DNA of 32,000 nt, from positions 150,001 through 182,000 of the forward strand of contig JAMWCX010000002.1 in NCBI GenBank assembly GCA_023818895.1. The letters are read 5' to 3'. The notes beneath the pieces are model-generated. The model was not told the DNA's origin, made no database searches, and was given only the letters and a program-made list of their open reading frames with translations. The DNA is from Candidatus Omnitrophota bacterium (GTDB lineage Bacteria > Omnitrophota > Gorgyraeia > 2-01-FULL-45-10). A program made the position numbers and the translations under genes. Every line of letters begins with the position of its first letter. Positions within the stretch are counted from its first letter, which is position 1. Positions 17,453 through 26,635 of this stretch are shown piece by piece.

Positions 17453-18190
17453 TTAATACTTAACCTTAATAAGGCACAAACCTTTGGCCGGCATTGTTGG
17501 GCCACACCGTCTTCTGTCTCTTGCGCGGAGGATATCTTTCACGCTTTCTACCGAAAATTTACCCCGGCCCACCTCCACAAGAGTCCCAACTATGTTTCGC
17601 GCCATGTTGTATAAAAAACCGTCCGCCTCAATATTAATATATATCAAGTCGCCTTCTTTTTTAATATCAATTTTCCTGACGGTCCTCACAGAGTTCTTTT
17701 CCGCCCCGTCCGTGGCCTGAAACGCCCTGAAGTCATGCCTGCCAATAAGCCACTTAGCTGCCTGTCTCATACGGCCGATGTCCATCGTATAGAATATTTT
17801 AGCAGCGTAGAGCCTAAGGAAGGGGTCCATGAAGTCAGCGTTCATTATCGTATATCGGTAAATCTTGGACTTGGCATCACGTTGGGCGTCAAATCCGGCT
17901 TTAGCCTCTTCGACTCTGTATATCACGATATCTTCGGGCAACAGACTGTTAAGCGCCATATGGATATTCTTAAGAGGGATACTGGATCGGGTCCTGAAAT
18001 TGGCGACCTGCGCCATGGCGTGAACTCCAGCATCCGTCCTGCCGGAACCGGTGAGATGAGACTTTTCGCCTGTAATCTTCTTTATGGCGCGCTCTATGAC
18101 GGCCTGGATGGTCCTGCTGGAATTTTTTTGAAACTGCCATCCGGAGTAGCTGGTGCCATCGTAGCGGATTGTGAGCTTTATGTTTCTCAA
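17453..18190 (-). CDS. truA: tRNA pseudouridine(38-40) synthase
   Basis: The N-terminus IRYDGTSYSGWQFQ and the catalytic GSGRTDAGVHA motif are present. A TTG start overlaps the asd stop (TTGA). Confidence 0.9.
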   Translation of the reverse strand: MRNIKLTIRYDGTSYSGWQFQKNSSRTIQAVIERAIKKITGEKSHLTGSGRTDAGVHAMAQVANFRTRSSIPLKNIHMALNSLLPEDIVIYRVEEAKAGFDAQRDAKSKIYRYTIMNADFMDPFLRLYAAKIFYTMDIGRMRQAAKWLIGRHDFRAFQATDGAEKNSVRTVRKIDIKKEGDLIYINIEADGFLYNMARNIVGTLVEVGRGKFSVESVKDILRARDRRRCGPTMPAKGLCLIKVKY

Positions 18191-19209
18191 TTTTGCCTGA
18201 TAAGCTCTTCCGCGATCTGAATCGCATTCGTAGCCGCGCCCTTGCGCAGATTATCGGCGACGACCCAGAGCCAGAGGCCATTCTTTACAAACGGATCGCG
18301 CCTTATCCTGCCAACGAATGTCTCATCGCGGCCTTCGACATCCTTAGGCATCGGGTAAAGCCCCTTCTTGACATCATCAATAACAACGATACCTGGTGAC
18401 GTAGCGAGCAGCTTTCTTACCTCATCTGGAGATATTGTTTTTTCGGTCTCGATATAAATGGATTCTGAGTGTCCTGTCCTGACCGGTACGCGTATCGTCG
18501 TCGCGGATATATTGATCTTGTCATCATGCATAATCTTGTGCGTCTCCCTGACAAGCTTCCATTCCTCCGTCGTGTAGCCGTCATCCGCAAATCCGCCGAT
18601 CTGCGGGAATACATTGTAGGCAAGCTGCTGCGGCATCGACTTCTCCACATTAACGTGCACCGAACAGAACCTTCCGGCGCATATGGCCGACACTTCCTCG
18701 TTTAATTGTTCCACAGCGCTCTTCCCCGCCCCAGATGAGGCCTGCAGCGTGGTGATGATCACACGTTTTATGCCGACCCTTCTATAGATGGGGGCAATGG
18801 CAACGACCATCTGTATTGTAGAACAATTTGGATTCGCTATGATGCCCTTATGCTTCTTTATATCGGAACCGTTCACCTCGGGGACTACGAGAGGAACGTC
18901 TTTTTCCATCCTAAAGTCCGCCCCGTTATCTATGACAATGGCTCCGCGCTTCACCGCTTCGGTAGCGTAAGTCACGGCCGCGCCCTTCTCACCCTCTGTG
19001 CCGGCGAAAAGCGCTATGTCAACGCCGTCGAACACCTCCGGCGATATTGCCATGACCGTGTATTTTTGATCATCAACTTCTATGTCGCGCGCGGACCTTG
19101 CGAAAACCCTTATCTCTTTGGAGGGGAACTTACGCTGCTTTAACACGCGCAGCATCTCGATGCCGACCGCGCCGACGCCTATCACCGCGACAACTGGTTT
19201 TTTATTCAT
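18187..19209 (-). CDS. asd: Aspartate-semialdehyde dehydrogenase
   Basis: Has the NAD(P)-binding motif VIGVGAVG and the active-site motif IANPNCSTI. The length is 340 aa. Confidence 0.9.
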   Translation of the reverse strand: MNKKPVVAVIGVGAVGIEMLRVLKQRKFPSKEIRVFARSARDIEVDDQKYTVMAISPEVFDGVDIALFAGTEGEKGAAVTYATEAVKRGAIVIDNGADFRMEKDVPLVVPEVNGSDIKKHKGIIANPNCSTIQMVVAIAPIYRRVGIKRVIITTLQASSGAGKSAVEQLNEEVSAICAGRFCSVHVNVEKSMPQQLAYNVFPQIGGFADDGYTTEEWKLVRETHKIMHDDKINISATTIRVPVRTGHSESIYIETEKTISPDEVRKLLATSPGIVVIDDVKKGLYPMPKDVEGRDETFVGRIRRDPFVKNGLWLWVVADNLRKGAATNAIQIAEELIRQN

Positions 19210-19232
19210 ATACCTACTGTCCTTCCTGGAAT

Positions 19233-20294
19233 TTACAAGCCCTCTACCACTAAATCGCCGACCTCATTGGTCGAATACCCCATCTTACCTGCGGCGAGGC
19301 TCTTGAGTTTCGTCGATACTACCTTGATAACGCTGGCCTCGACTGCGCTGGCGGCCTTTTCCTCGCCAATGGTTTCAAGCAGCATGCCGACAGCGCATAT
19401 GGCGGCAAGCGGATTTATCACATGCTGACCCGTATATTTAGGAGCTGAGCCGCCAATGGGCTCGAACATCGAAACACCGATGGGGTTGATATTGCCGCCG
19501 GCGGCGATGCCCATGCCGCCCTGTATCATCGCTCCGAGATCGGTAATTATGTCGCCGAACATATTATCAGTCACTATCACGTCGAACCACTCAGGGTTTT
19601 TGACAAACCACATCGTAGTGGCATCCACATGCGTATAGTCCGTCTTTATATCCGGATACTCTCTTTTAAGCTCGTCGAAAGTCCGCTGCCAAAGGTCCCA
19701 TGCGTAAGTCAGCACATTAGTCTTGCCGCATAGCGTCAAGGTCTTGCGCTTATTACGCTTCCGGCAGTATTCGAAAGCGTAACGCAAACACCTTTCCACG
19801 CCCTTTCTTGTATTATATGATATCTGTATGGCGACCTCGTCTTTAGTGCCCTTCTTCTGGAACTCACCCATACCTTTGTACAGGCCCTCGGAATTTTCCC
19901 GTACTACGACAAAATCAATATCTTCAGGCTTTTTATCTTTGAGAGGGCAGAATCGAGAATCGTATAGCTTCACTGGTCGCAGATTAATATACTGATCGAG
20001 ACCGAACCTGATCTTAAGAAGTATGCCGGTCTCGAGAATACCGGGTTTCACGTCCGGATGCCCTATAGCACCTAAAAATATAGCATCGAATTTTTTTAGA
20101 TCCTCAAGCTCCTTTTCGTCTATCGTCTTGCCTGTCTTTAAGTATCTCTCTCCGCCATAATCGAAGATCTCGTGTTTATAGTCGAAACAGAATTTTTTAG
20201 AAGCGGCCTCTAAGACCTTGAGCCCTTCCGCAACTACTTCAGGACCGGTTCCGTCGCCGGGTATCACGGCTATCTTATATTGCTTTTTACCCAT
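19233..20294 (-). CDS. leuB: 3-isopropylmalate dehydrogenase (isopropylmalate/tartrate dehydrogenase family)
   Basis: Carries [27 protein letters not shown] and the [12 protein letters not shown] motif. It sits directly downstream of leuC and leuD. The sequence resembles the D-malate/tartrate dehydrogenase subgroup, so substrate assignment rests on context. Confidence 0.75.
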   Translation of the reverse strand: MGKKQYKIAVIPGDGTGPEVVAEGLKVLEAASKKFCFDYKHEIFDYGGERYLKTGKTIDEKELEDLKKFDAIFLGAIGHPDVKPGILETGILLKIRFGLDQYINLRPVKLYDSRFCPLKDKKPEDIDFVVVRENSEGLYKGMGEFQKKGTKDEVAIQISYNTRKGVERCLRYAFEYCRKRNKRKTLTLCGKTNVLTYAWDLWQRTFDELKREYPDIKTDYTHVDATTMWFVKNPEWFDVIVTDNMFGDIITDLGAMIQGGMGIAAGGNINPIGVSMFEPIGGSAPKYTGQHVINPLAAICAVGMLLETIGEEKAASAVEASVIKVVSTKLKSLAAGKMGYSTNEVGDLVVEGL

Positions 20295-20318
20295 CTGTCT
20301 GTAAACCTCCTTGATGCT

Positions 20319-20813
20319 TTACGATAATTTACGTTTTTTTATGAATTCCATAAGGCCGCCTGATTTGATTATCTTCTGCATAAACGGTGGGTATTTCTCA
20401 ACTTTGTACGATTGCCTTCTTGTAATGTTCTTTACGATACCGGAGCTGGTATCCACAATAATACTATCGCCTTTCTTTATTCGCTCTCTGGCCTTTTCAA
20501 GCTCTATGATCGGTAGTCCTATATTAATCGCATTGCGAAAGAATATCCTGGCAAAGCTTTCCGCTATGACACAGGAGACGCCTGCGGCTTTTATAGCTAT
20601 AGGCGCATGCTCCCTCGAGGAGCCACAACCGAAGTTTTTGCCTGCCACTATAATATCACCGGCCTTTACCCTTTTCGCGAAATCCTTATCGGCGTCCTCC
20701 ATGCAATGGCTGGCAAGCTCATGCCTGTCAGTCGTGTGAAGATACCGCGCTGGTATAATCTCATCGGTGTTGATATCGTCACCGAATATATGCGCTTTTC
20801 CTTTATGCGGCAT
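20319..20813 (-). CDS. leuD: 3-isopropylmalate dehydratase small subunit (short, archaeal-type)
   Basis: 164 aa with the aconitase swivel-domain motifs [13 protein letters not shown] and [13 protein letters not shown]. Confidence 0.85.
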   Translation of the reverse strand: MPHKGKAHIFGDDINTDEIIPARYLHTTDRHELASHCMEDADKDFAKRVKAGDIIVAGKNFGCGSSREHAPIAIKAAGVSCVIAESFARIFFRNAINIGLPIIELEKARERIKKGDSIIVDTSSGIVKNITRRQSYKVEKYPPFMQKIIKSGGLMEFIKKRKLS

Positions 20814-20825
20814 AATTACCCCTTA

Positions 20826-22100
20826 TCAAAGTACTTCGTCCGGATGCGCGATCCGCCCCTTGACGGCGCTTGCCGCCGCGACCGCGGGATTCGAAAGATA
20901 GACCTCGCTTGCCGGATCCCCCATCCTGCCTGTAAAATTTCTGTTCGTCGTGGCTATAGCCCTCTCGCCCGCCGCAAGTATCCCCATATGCCCGCCGAGG
21001 CACGGCCCGCAGGTCGGAGTGGAAAACACGCCGCCCGCCTCGACGAATATTTTCGCAAGCCCTTCCTTGACAGCATCAAGATATATCTTCTGCGTCGCAG
21101 GGATGACAACCAACCTCACCGTAGATTTAGCCTTCTTGCCGCGCAAAAGCTTTGCGGCAATTCTCAAATCCGACAGCCGGCCGTTCGTACAGGAGCCTAT
21201 CACCACCTGGTCTATTGAAATATCTTTTAAGGCCCTCGCCGGCTTCACGTTCGACGGAAGGTTTGGGCAGGCCACAAGCGGCTCTATCTTGCGCACGTCA
21301 TATTCTTTTATGGCGCAATACCTGGCATCTTTATCGCTTGAATAAAACTTGCCCAGGCCAGGCCTTGCCTTCCTCTTTATCGATTTTAGGTATCGCGACG
21401 TGATCTTATCAGGAGCTATGATACCGTTCTTCCCGCCGGCCTCGATGGCCATGTTGCACATGGCAAGCCTGTCGTCCATCTCAAGCGATTCAATTGTTTC
21501 CCCGCATATCTCCATGGCATTATATCGCGCCCCGTCAACCCCGATATCGCCTATGAGATGCAGGATAAGGTCTTTCCCGCCGACCCATCTATTGCGCCTG
21601 CCGAAGAACACAAACTTCATAGATTCAGGCACTTTCAGCCACACCTCACCGGTCGCCATCGCGGCCGCAAGGTCGGTAGAGCCAACTCCGGTCGAAAAGG
21701 CGCCGAGCGCCCCATACGTGCAGGTATGGGAATCCGCGCCTATCACAAGATCACCCGGAAGCACAAGTCCCATCTCCGGTAGAAGCGCATGCTCCACACC
21801 CATCCTGCCGACTTCAAAGTAGTTCTTTATATCTTGCGTCTTCGCGAATCTCGCCAGGACCTTGCACTGGTTTGCGCTCTTCATGTCCTTGGCGGGTGCA
21901 AAATGGTCGGGAACAAGCACAACCTTCTTTTTATCAAATACCTTCTTGATGCCGAGTTTTTCGAATTCCTCTATGGCAAACGGCGCGGTTATGTCATTGC
22001 CGAGACACAGGTCTATTTTCGCGTAGATAAATTCGCCGGGATGGATATCTTTGAGCTTTGCGTGTTTTAAAAGTATCTTCTCGGTTATCGTATATCCCAT
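20826..22100 (-). CDS. leuC: 3-isopropylmalate dehydratase large subunit (archaeal-type)
   Basis: 424 aa with aconitase family motifs. The Fe-S ligand cysteines sit in [19 protein letters not shown] and TCGPCLG. Confidence 0.85.
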   Translation of the reverse strand: MGYTITEKILLKHAKLKDIHPGEFIYAKIDLCLGNDITAPFAIEEFEKLGIKKVFDKKKVVLVPDHFAPAKDMKSANQCKVLARFAKTQDIKNYFEVGRMGVEHALLPEMGLVLPGDLVIGADSHTCTYGALGAFSTGVGSTDLAAAMATGEVWLKVPESMKFVFFGRRNRWVGGKDLILHLIGDIGVDGARYNAMEICGETIESLEMDDRLAMCNMAIEAGGKNGIIAPDKITSRYLKSIKRKARPGLGKFYSSDKDARYCAIKEYDVRKIEPLVACPNLPSNVKPARALKDISIDQVVIGSCTNGRLSDLRIAAKLLRGKKAKSTVRLVVIPATQKIYLDAVKEGLAKIFVEAGGVFSTPTCGPCLGGHMGILAAGERAIATTNRNFTGRMGDPASEVYLSNPAVAAASAVKGRIAHPDEVL

Positions 22101-22550
22101 TTAAAGCTCCCTCATTACCGCTATTTCCTTACAGCGCGGAAAGTAGACGCACTTGATGCACTCATTCCATATCTTGTGCGGCAATTTTCTCTTGCTAATC
22201 CGCTGAAAACCGAATTTTTCAAAAAAATCCGGCACATAGGTAAGCGCGAACACCTTTTTTACTTTTAGCGCCTTCGCGTCCTGCAGGCAGCTCCTTATCA
22301 GCTTACTTCCTATGTCGCGGCCGGTACAGGTGCTCGCCACTGCCAGGCACTTTATCTCCGCCAGATTTTCCCAGTCGATATGCAGAGCGCAGCAGCCGTA
22401 TATCTTTTTACCCGACGCGGATACATAGAAGTCTCTTATGTTCTCATACAGCTCATTGAGGGAACGCGGAAGCATCTTATCGCGCTTTGCGTAGTAATTT
22501 ATGAGCTTCTGTATCTTCTTAACGTCATCTACCGTGGCCTTGCGTATCAC
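22101..22550 (-). CDS. GNAT family N-acetyltransferase (ArgA/COG1246-like)
   Basis: The acetyl-CoA binding region is CLAVASTCTGRDIGSKL. A C-terminal Cys cluster (ECIKCVYFPRC) is typical of this small GNAT group. The stop abuts the leuC start with no gap. Confidence 0.75.
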   Translation of the reverse strand: MIRKATVDDVKKIQKLINYYAKRDKMLPRSLNELYENIRDFYVSASGKKIYGCCALHIDWENLAEIKCLAVASTCTGRDIGSKLIRSCLQDAKALKVKKVFALTYVPDFFEKFGFQRISKRKLPHKIWNECIKCVYFPRCKEIAVMREL

Positions 22551-23245
22551 TTTGTCTTTCTCGCCCTGTAAATGGCTTTATCCTTGTATCTGCACATATT
22601 ATACAAAACGCAAAACCCGCAAAGAGGGTTTTGCGCCTTACATATCTTTCGACCGTGCTCTATTATACCTAAATGGAAGGCGTATATCAAGTGCTTAGGC
22701 ACAAGCTTTGTAAGTACGCTATGGGCTTGTTCTACGGTAACTTTTCCGCTTAAAAGACCCATCCGCTTCGCCACCCTGAATATATGCGTATCTACCGGCA
22801 TGGCCGGTTTTCCAAAACTGAACAGAAGAACACATGCGGCGGTCTTCGGCCCGACTCCTTTTAGAGAGCGAAGATAGAGAAGCGCATCTTCGACATCCAT
22901 TTTCTTCAGAGACGAAAGGCTCAGCCTGCCCTCGCGCCTTTCGATTTCGGAAAGCACCTCTTTGATGCGGGCCGCTTTGATATTCGCAAGGCCGGCGTGC
23001 TTTATGAGACCCGCTATGCTACTCGTATCTGCCTTAAGCAGACTCTCCCACGACTTAAAATGACGTTTCAATATGGCGAACGCCGCAAGCGAATTTCTAT
23101 CGTTGGTATTCTGGGAAAGTATGGTGCGGATTATCTCATCGATCGGCGGAGTCTTCCGTAAGGGTGCGGGTCGGCCGTATGCCTTCTCAACTAAAGCCAG
23201 GACCTTTTCTGTCTTCTGCTTGTTTCTCATAAAAGGAGGTCTCAT
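22547..23245 (-). CDS. nth: Endonuclease III-like HhH-GPD DNA glycosylase
   Basis: Has the HhH motif LKGVGPKTAACVLLF, the catalytic region VDTH, and a C-terminal 4Fe-4S cluster loop CKAQNPLCGFCVLYNMC. Confidence 0.8.
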   Translation of the reverse strand: MRPPFMRNKQKTEKVLALVEKAYGRPAPLRKTPPIDEIIRTILSQNTNDRNSLAAFAILKRHFKSWESLLKADTSSIAGLIKHAGLANIKAARIKEVLSEIERREGRLSLSSLKKMDVEDALLYLRSLKGVGPKTAACVLLFSFGKPAMPVDTHIFRVAKRMGLLSGKVTVEQAHSVLTKLVPKHLIYAFHLGIIEHGRKICKAQNPLCGFCVLYNMCRYKDKAIYRARKTK

Positions 23246-23320
23246 TATAAATCAATAGCTTTCCGTATAGCAAGCATTTTTCGGGTAAAGATCTTATTGA
23301 TTTTGGAACTGTTCTTTTTG

Positions 23321-24574
23321 CTATAACCCTCCATGTCGGTAGGCCGCCTCTACTGATTTACTCACTCTATATGCGATCAGTCCTCCCACCGCGGAACCTA
23401 ACGCTCCCTCAAAGGTATGAACAACGATGTACCATGGAGCGTAGAACTTGTGCCAAATATATGGCGATGCGACAAAATAAAAATACAGATATACGGACAA
23501 GCCGCGTAACAGGCCCGCTATAAAGAATGACTGCCGTGAGGCGAGATAGTCTTTCGCCGCGAAAAAATAGGTTTCCAGGACAGCCGCCTCAAGCAATGCG
23601 TAAGGCCACCAGAGCGGATTTATCCCGCGAGAGACTATCTGCGCAAAGAGGCTGTGGCCGAGGATCATAAGAGTTGCTGTTCCGAAACGCGGCACTATAC
23701 GAATGCCTATAAGAAGAACGCATGTAAAAGGTATGGAAAAGAAGAAGGCGTGCACAAGTGGAACCTTGCTAAGGCCCATTTTAAAAGGCAATATAGCGAC
23801 ATACAATAAAACAACGAAGAACGATATTACGATGAGGTCAAGTGTATCAAATCTCAAAAGGCCGCCCTTTTCCCTGGAGTTTGCCTTGCGAAATGAATAA
23901 CCTCTTACTTCAGCGGCAAGCGCAACCAATCGCGCTTGACGTAACGAATTAATGACCAAAGGCGATAAGACATATTTCGAGGCTTTAATGCTATTTGATA
24001 TGCCTTTAAGCTTGAAACCTTTTAACCTTATCGCTACCAAGACTCTTCTTGTCTCTTCCAGTAGCTGAGGCAAGAATCGCATGCTCGTGGCAATGATAAA
24101 ACTTAGCTCTTTAGGTATCCGAATTTTGTTCAATGCCATTATCATCTGGGATGGATGAGTTGATATCACAACTGCGGTTGCCATGAACATAACTGACGAT
24201 ATCCTGAGAGACTGAATAAGCCCGTATAAGGCTCCTTCCTTATAGATATAAATCCCGCCTGTTATCGTTCCGACGATAGGCGTCGCCTTATCTATTATAG
24301 TTACAAGGACTGTCCTCGGTTCCAGATAATAGAAGAATGCTTGTGAAAGGCTCGTCGTTATCACTACTGCTCCGAGCGCATATATGAGGCCCTTAAGCCT
24401 GGCAAAATCAGGTTTTGCTAACAGCAACACGCAGAAGGTAACCGCTGCCAGAAGGCATAGCTGTAAGGGGGCCTTCAGCAACACCACAAGGAGCGAAACC
24501 GCTATACTGTATACTATCTTCGCGAAAGGGCTAATCCTGTGTATAGGCGTATCAATCTTTTGGTATTTCATCAC
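23321..24574 (-). CDS. ECF transporter transmembrane T component (EcfT/CbiQ-like) fused to a C-terminal S-component-like membrane domain
   Basis: The N-terminal ~270 aa look like CbiQ/EcfT, with two coupling-helix A-x-x-x-R/K-G motifs (VAIRLKGF, AAEVRGYS). The C-terminal ~150 aa are additional TM helices with the blocks PRFGTATLM, LLEAAVLETYFFAAKDY and GALGSAVGGLIAYRVSKSV. These resemble the YkoE/COG4721 S-component pattern as I recall it. Confidence 0.7.
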   Translation of the reverse strand: MMKYQKIDTPIHRISPFAKIVYSIAVSLLVVLLKAPLQLCLLAAVTFCVLLLAKPDFARLKGLIYALGAVVITTSLSQAFFYYLEPRTVLVTIIDKATPIVGTITGGIYIYKEGALYGLIQSLRISSVMFMATAVVISTHPSQMIMALNKIRIPKELSFIIATSMRFLPQLLEETRRVLVAIRLKGFKLKGISNSIKASKYVLSPLVINSLRQARLVALAAEVRGYSFRKANSREKGGLLRFDTLDLIVISFFVVLLYVAILPFKMGLSKVPLVHAFFFSIPFTCVLLIGIRIVPRFGTATLMILGHSLFAQIVSRGINPLWWPYALLEAAVLETYFFAAKDYLASRQSFFIAGLLRGLSVYLYFYFVASPYIWHKFYAPWYIVVHTFEGALGSAVGGLIAYRVSKSVEAAYRHGGL

Positions 24575-25928
24575 TTATAACCCTACCTTTATCAAACACG
24601 ACGACCCTGTCGGCATAGAAATCCGCAACTTTCCTATTGTGGGTTGAGAACAGGACCGTCGTTCCCTCCTTGACGAGCGAAAAGGCATAATCCATCAATG
24701 CCAACCAGCTTTTTTCATCCAGACCTGTCGTCGGCTCATCAAGTAATATTATATCGGGCCTCAAGGCCGCGACAGAAGCAAAAGCCACTTTCTGGCGCTC
24801 GCCTTTTGACAACGCATGGGGATGTACATACTCGTATTTCTTAAGGTCGAATCGGGCCATTATGTCCTCGCAATCACACGCTTTCTTCAACTGACGCGGC
24901 CCGAGCATTATCTCTTCCCTTACCGTAGAGGCGAATAGCTGTTCATCGGGATTCTGGAACAATAGCCCGATCCTGCCCGCCGAATCATCGATCGAGCGGA
25001 TGATGTCACCGGCTACCGCGATACGACCTTCCTGCGGCTTTAAAATGCCCATCAGCAGTTTAAAAAATGTGGTCTTACCGCTTCCATTATTACCCATGAA
25101 AGCGACCACTTCTTGTTTTCTTATAATCATGTTCAGATGATTAAAAAAAGGCGAGCTTTTGTCATAACCATATGACACGTCCTGCACCTCAATAATCGCG
25201 TCGAAGTCTTGACAGAAGTTGTGTGCTTTTCTTTCACGGATGGTGCTCTTGTGGGCATCATCCCCCGTTTTGAGAACCCCGTTCTCCATAACATATATAC
25301 GTGTGGCAATATCTTCAAAAAGTGCCGTATCATGCTCAACTAGCACGATTGTATAGCACCTGTCTTTTAGCTCTTTGATGATCTTCCGGAGCGACTGTTT
25401 TCCAGCAACGTCCAGATTAGTCGAGGGCTCATCGAATAGTATTATCTGAGGTCCTACAGCATAGACACCGGCGATCGCAAGCCTCTGCTTTTCTCCGGCC
25501 GAAAGCGTACTGGTGTCTCTATCTAAAAGCTCATCAAGACCCAGTTCAAGTATGGCATGGCGCGAATTTCTTTCGAGAGACTCCTCTTCAAGACCCACAT
25601 TCCGGCAGCCGAATTCGACATCTTCTCTTACCGTGGGCATAAATATCTGATATTCCGGATTCTGAAATACCGTACCCACTCTTCTTGATATTTCACTTAT
25701 CGGTGTTAGCCTGGGATCGACGTCCGCTATCATCACAGATCCTGACATATCCCCACTAAATACGTGCGGGACAAGTCCATTCAGACAATAAAGAAACGTT
25801 GACTTGCCGGAACCGGAAGGGCCAGTGATCAAAACAAGGTCGCCTTTATCGACCGTTAAATCGATGCCGTTTATGATTTTTTTATGTGAAAGCGGGTAGG
25901 AATAGGAGAGATTCTTTATCTCGATCAT
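24552..25928 (-). CDS. ECF transporter duplicated ATPase (fused EcfA-EcfA', YkoD-like)
   Basis: Contains two complete ABC domains. The Walker A motifs are GPSGSGKST and GNNGSGKTT. The signature motifs are LSAGEKQRL and LSKGERQKV. The Walker B motifs are ILFDEPST and ILLDEPTT. It overlaps the downstream T gene by 23 nt. Confidence 0.88.
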   Translation of the reverse strand: MIEIKNLSYSYPLSHKKIINGIDLTVDKGDLVLITGPSGSGKSTFLYCLNGLVPHVFSGDMSGSVMIADVDPRLTPISEISRRVGTVFQNPEYQIFMPTVREDVEFGCRNVGLEEESLERNSRHAILELGLDELLDRDTSTLSAGEKQRLAIAGVYAVGPQIILFDEPSTNLDVAGKQSLRKIIKELKDRCYTIVLVEHDTALFEDIATRIYVMENGVLKTGDDAHKSTIRERKAHNFCQDFDAIIEVQDVSYGYDKSSPFFNHLNMIIRKQEVVAFMGNNGSGKTTFFKLLMGILKPQEGRIAVAGDIIRSIDDSAGRIGLLFQNPDEQLFASTVREEIMLGPRQLKKACDCEDIMARFDLKKYEYVHPHALSKGERQKVAFASVAALRPDIILLDEPTTGLDEKSWLALMDYAFSLVKEGTTVLFSTHNRKVADFYADRVVVFDKGRVISDEIPKD

Positions 25929-26635
25929 CGACGCAAGTTGTTGGTAAAAAGATCTATAATACCGCTGTAATCTTCGCCTTTCGAACGCGAAAATACCACA
26001 TTTTTTAAGTATCTTCTGGCAACAGCGGCCGCTTCAGCCAGTTCGGTGCAATCCGGCTCGCGATACGGTAAGCCGTCGACCTTCATATAGCCTATTATCC
26101 TGAAAGGGATATTCGCATCTACCACCGAAATCAATTTAGCCACCTTTTCTATTTCTTCTTTATCCAAGAGGTCCGGTATCAAGACACTGGAGATAGAGAG
26201 TTCTATCCCATTCCTATGTACAAAACGGAGATTTTCGAGGCATCTTTTATTGGACTTCCCGGTATATCTTTTGTGGACCTCCTCATCGGCAGCTTTTATG
26301 GACATCGACACGTGGGTTACGCCATCAAGACAGGGAAGTATATAACCGTTGGTAAGAAGCCGGACCTTGCATCCTATCTCTTCTTTAAGTACCCTGGGCA
26401 GACGAATGTAATCGGCAGTCGGCACAGGGTCGCCACTTAATATCGAAACAGACCGCGGGTTTACTTTTTTCAGCAGTCCGATAACCTCATCCATTGTCGG
26501 AAACTTAAGAGTTCTGAGCTTCACGTTTCCATATATCTGTTTCCAGTAGCAGCAGACACAGCGGAAGTTACACCCTATGAAATAGAGCGAACATGATCGT
26601 GTCTTCGGATTGTGGGTAATCCTGTGTATATTCAT
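25925..26635 (-). CDS. Small radical SAM enzyme (236 aa), function unknown
   Basis: The CX3CX2C motif is C22-NFR-C26-VC-C29, within YFIGCNFRCVCCYW. A GGE-like SAM motif (ILSGDP) follows. Its ATG shares one base with the stop of the TonB-dependent receptor gene, and its stop overlaps the ATPase start by 4 nt. Confidence 0.8.
   Translation of the reverse strand: MNIHRITHNPKTRSCSLYFIGCNFRCVCCYWKQIYGNVKLRTLKFPTMDEVIGLLKKVNPRSVSILSGDPVPTADYIRLPRVLKEEIGCKVRLLTNGYILPCLDGVTHVSMSIKAADEEVHKRYTGKSNKRCLENLRFVHRNGIELSISSVLIPDLLDKEEIEKVAKLISVVDANIPFRIIGYMKVDGLPYREPDCTELAEAAAVARRYLKNVVFSRSKGEDYSGIIDLFTNNLRR

Noticed and set aside
17434-17505. A longer version of the small membrane-protein ORF that overlaps truA.
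   Set aside because: The upstream part overlaps the truA C-terminus. A strong AAGGAGG RBS sits in front of the internal ATGATGATG, so the shorter form is preferred. Even that form remains a low-confidence gene.
20607-21218. A 203-aa plus-strand ORF, and other plus-strand ORFs across leuC/leuD.
   Set aside because: They are antisense to aconitase-family genes with intact Fe-S ligand motifs. Their Arg/Pro-rich composition is typical of antisense frames in this GC range.
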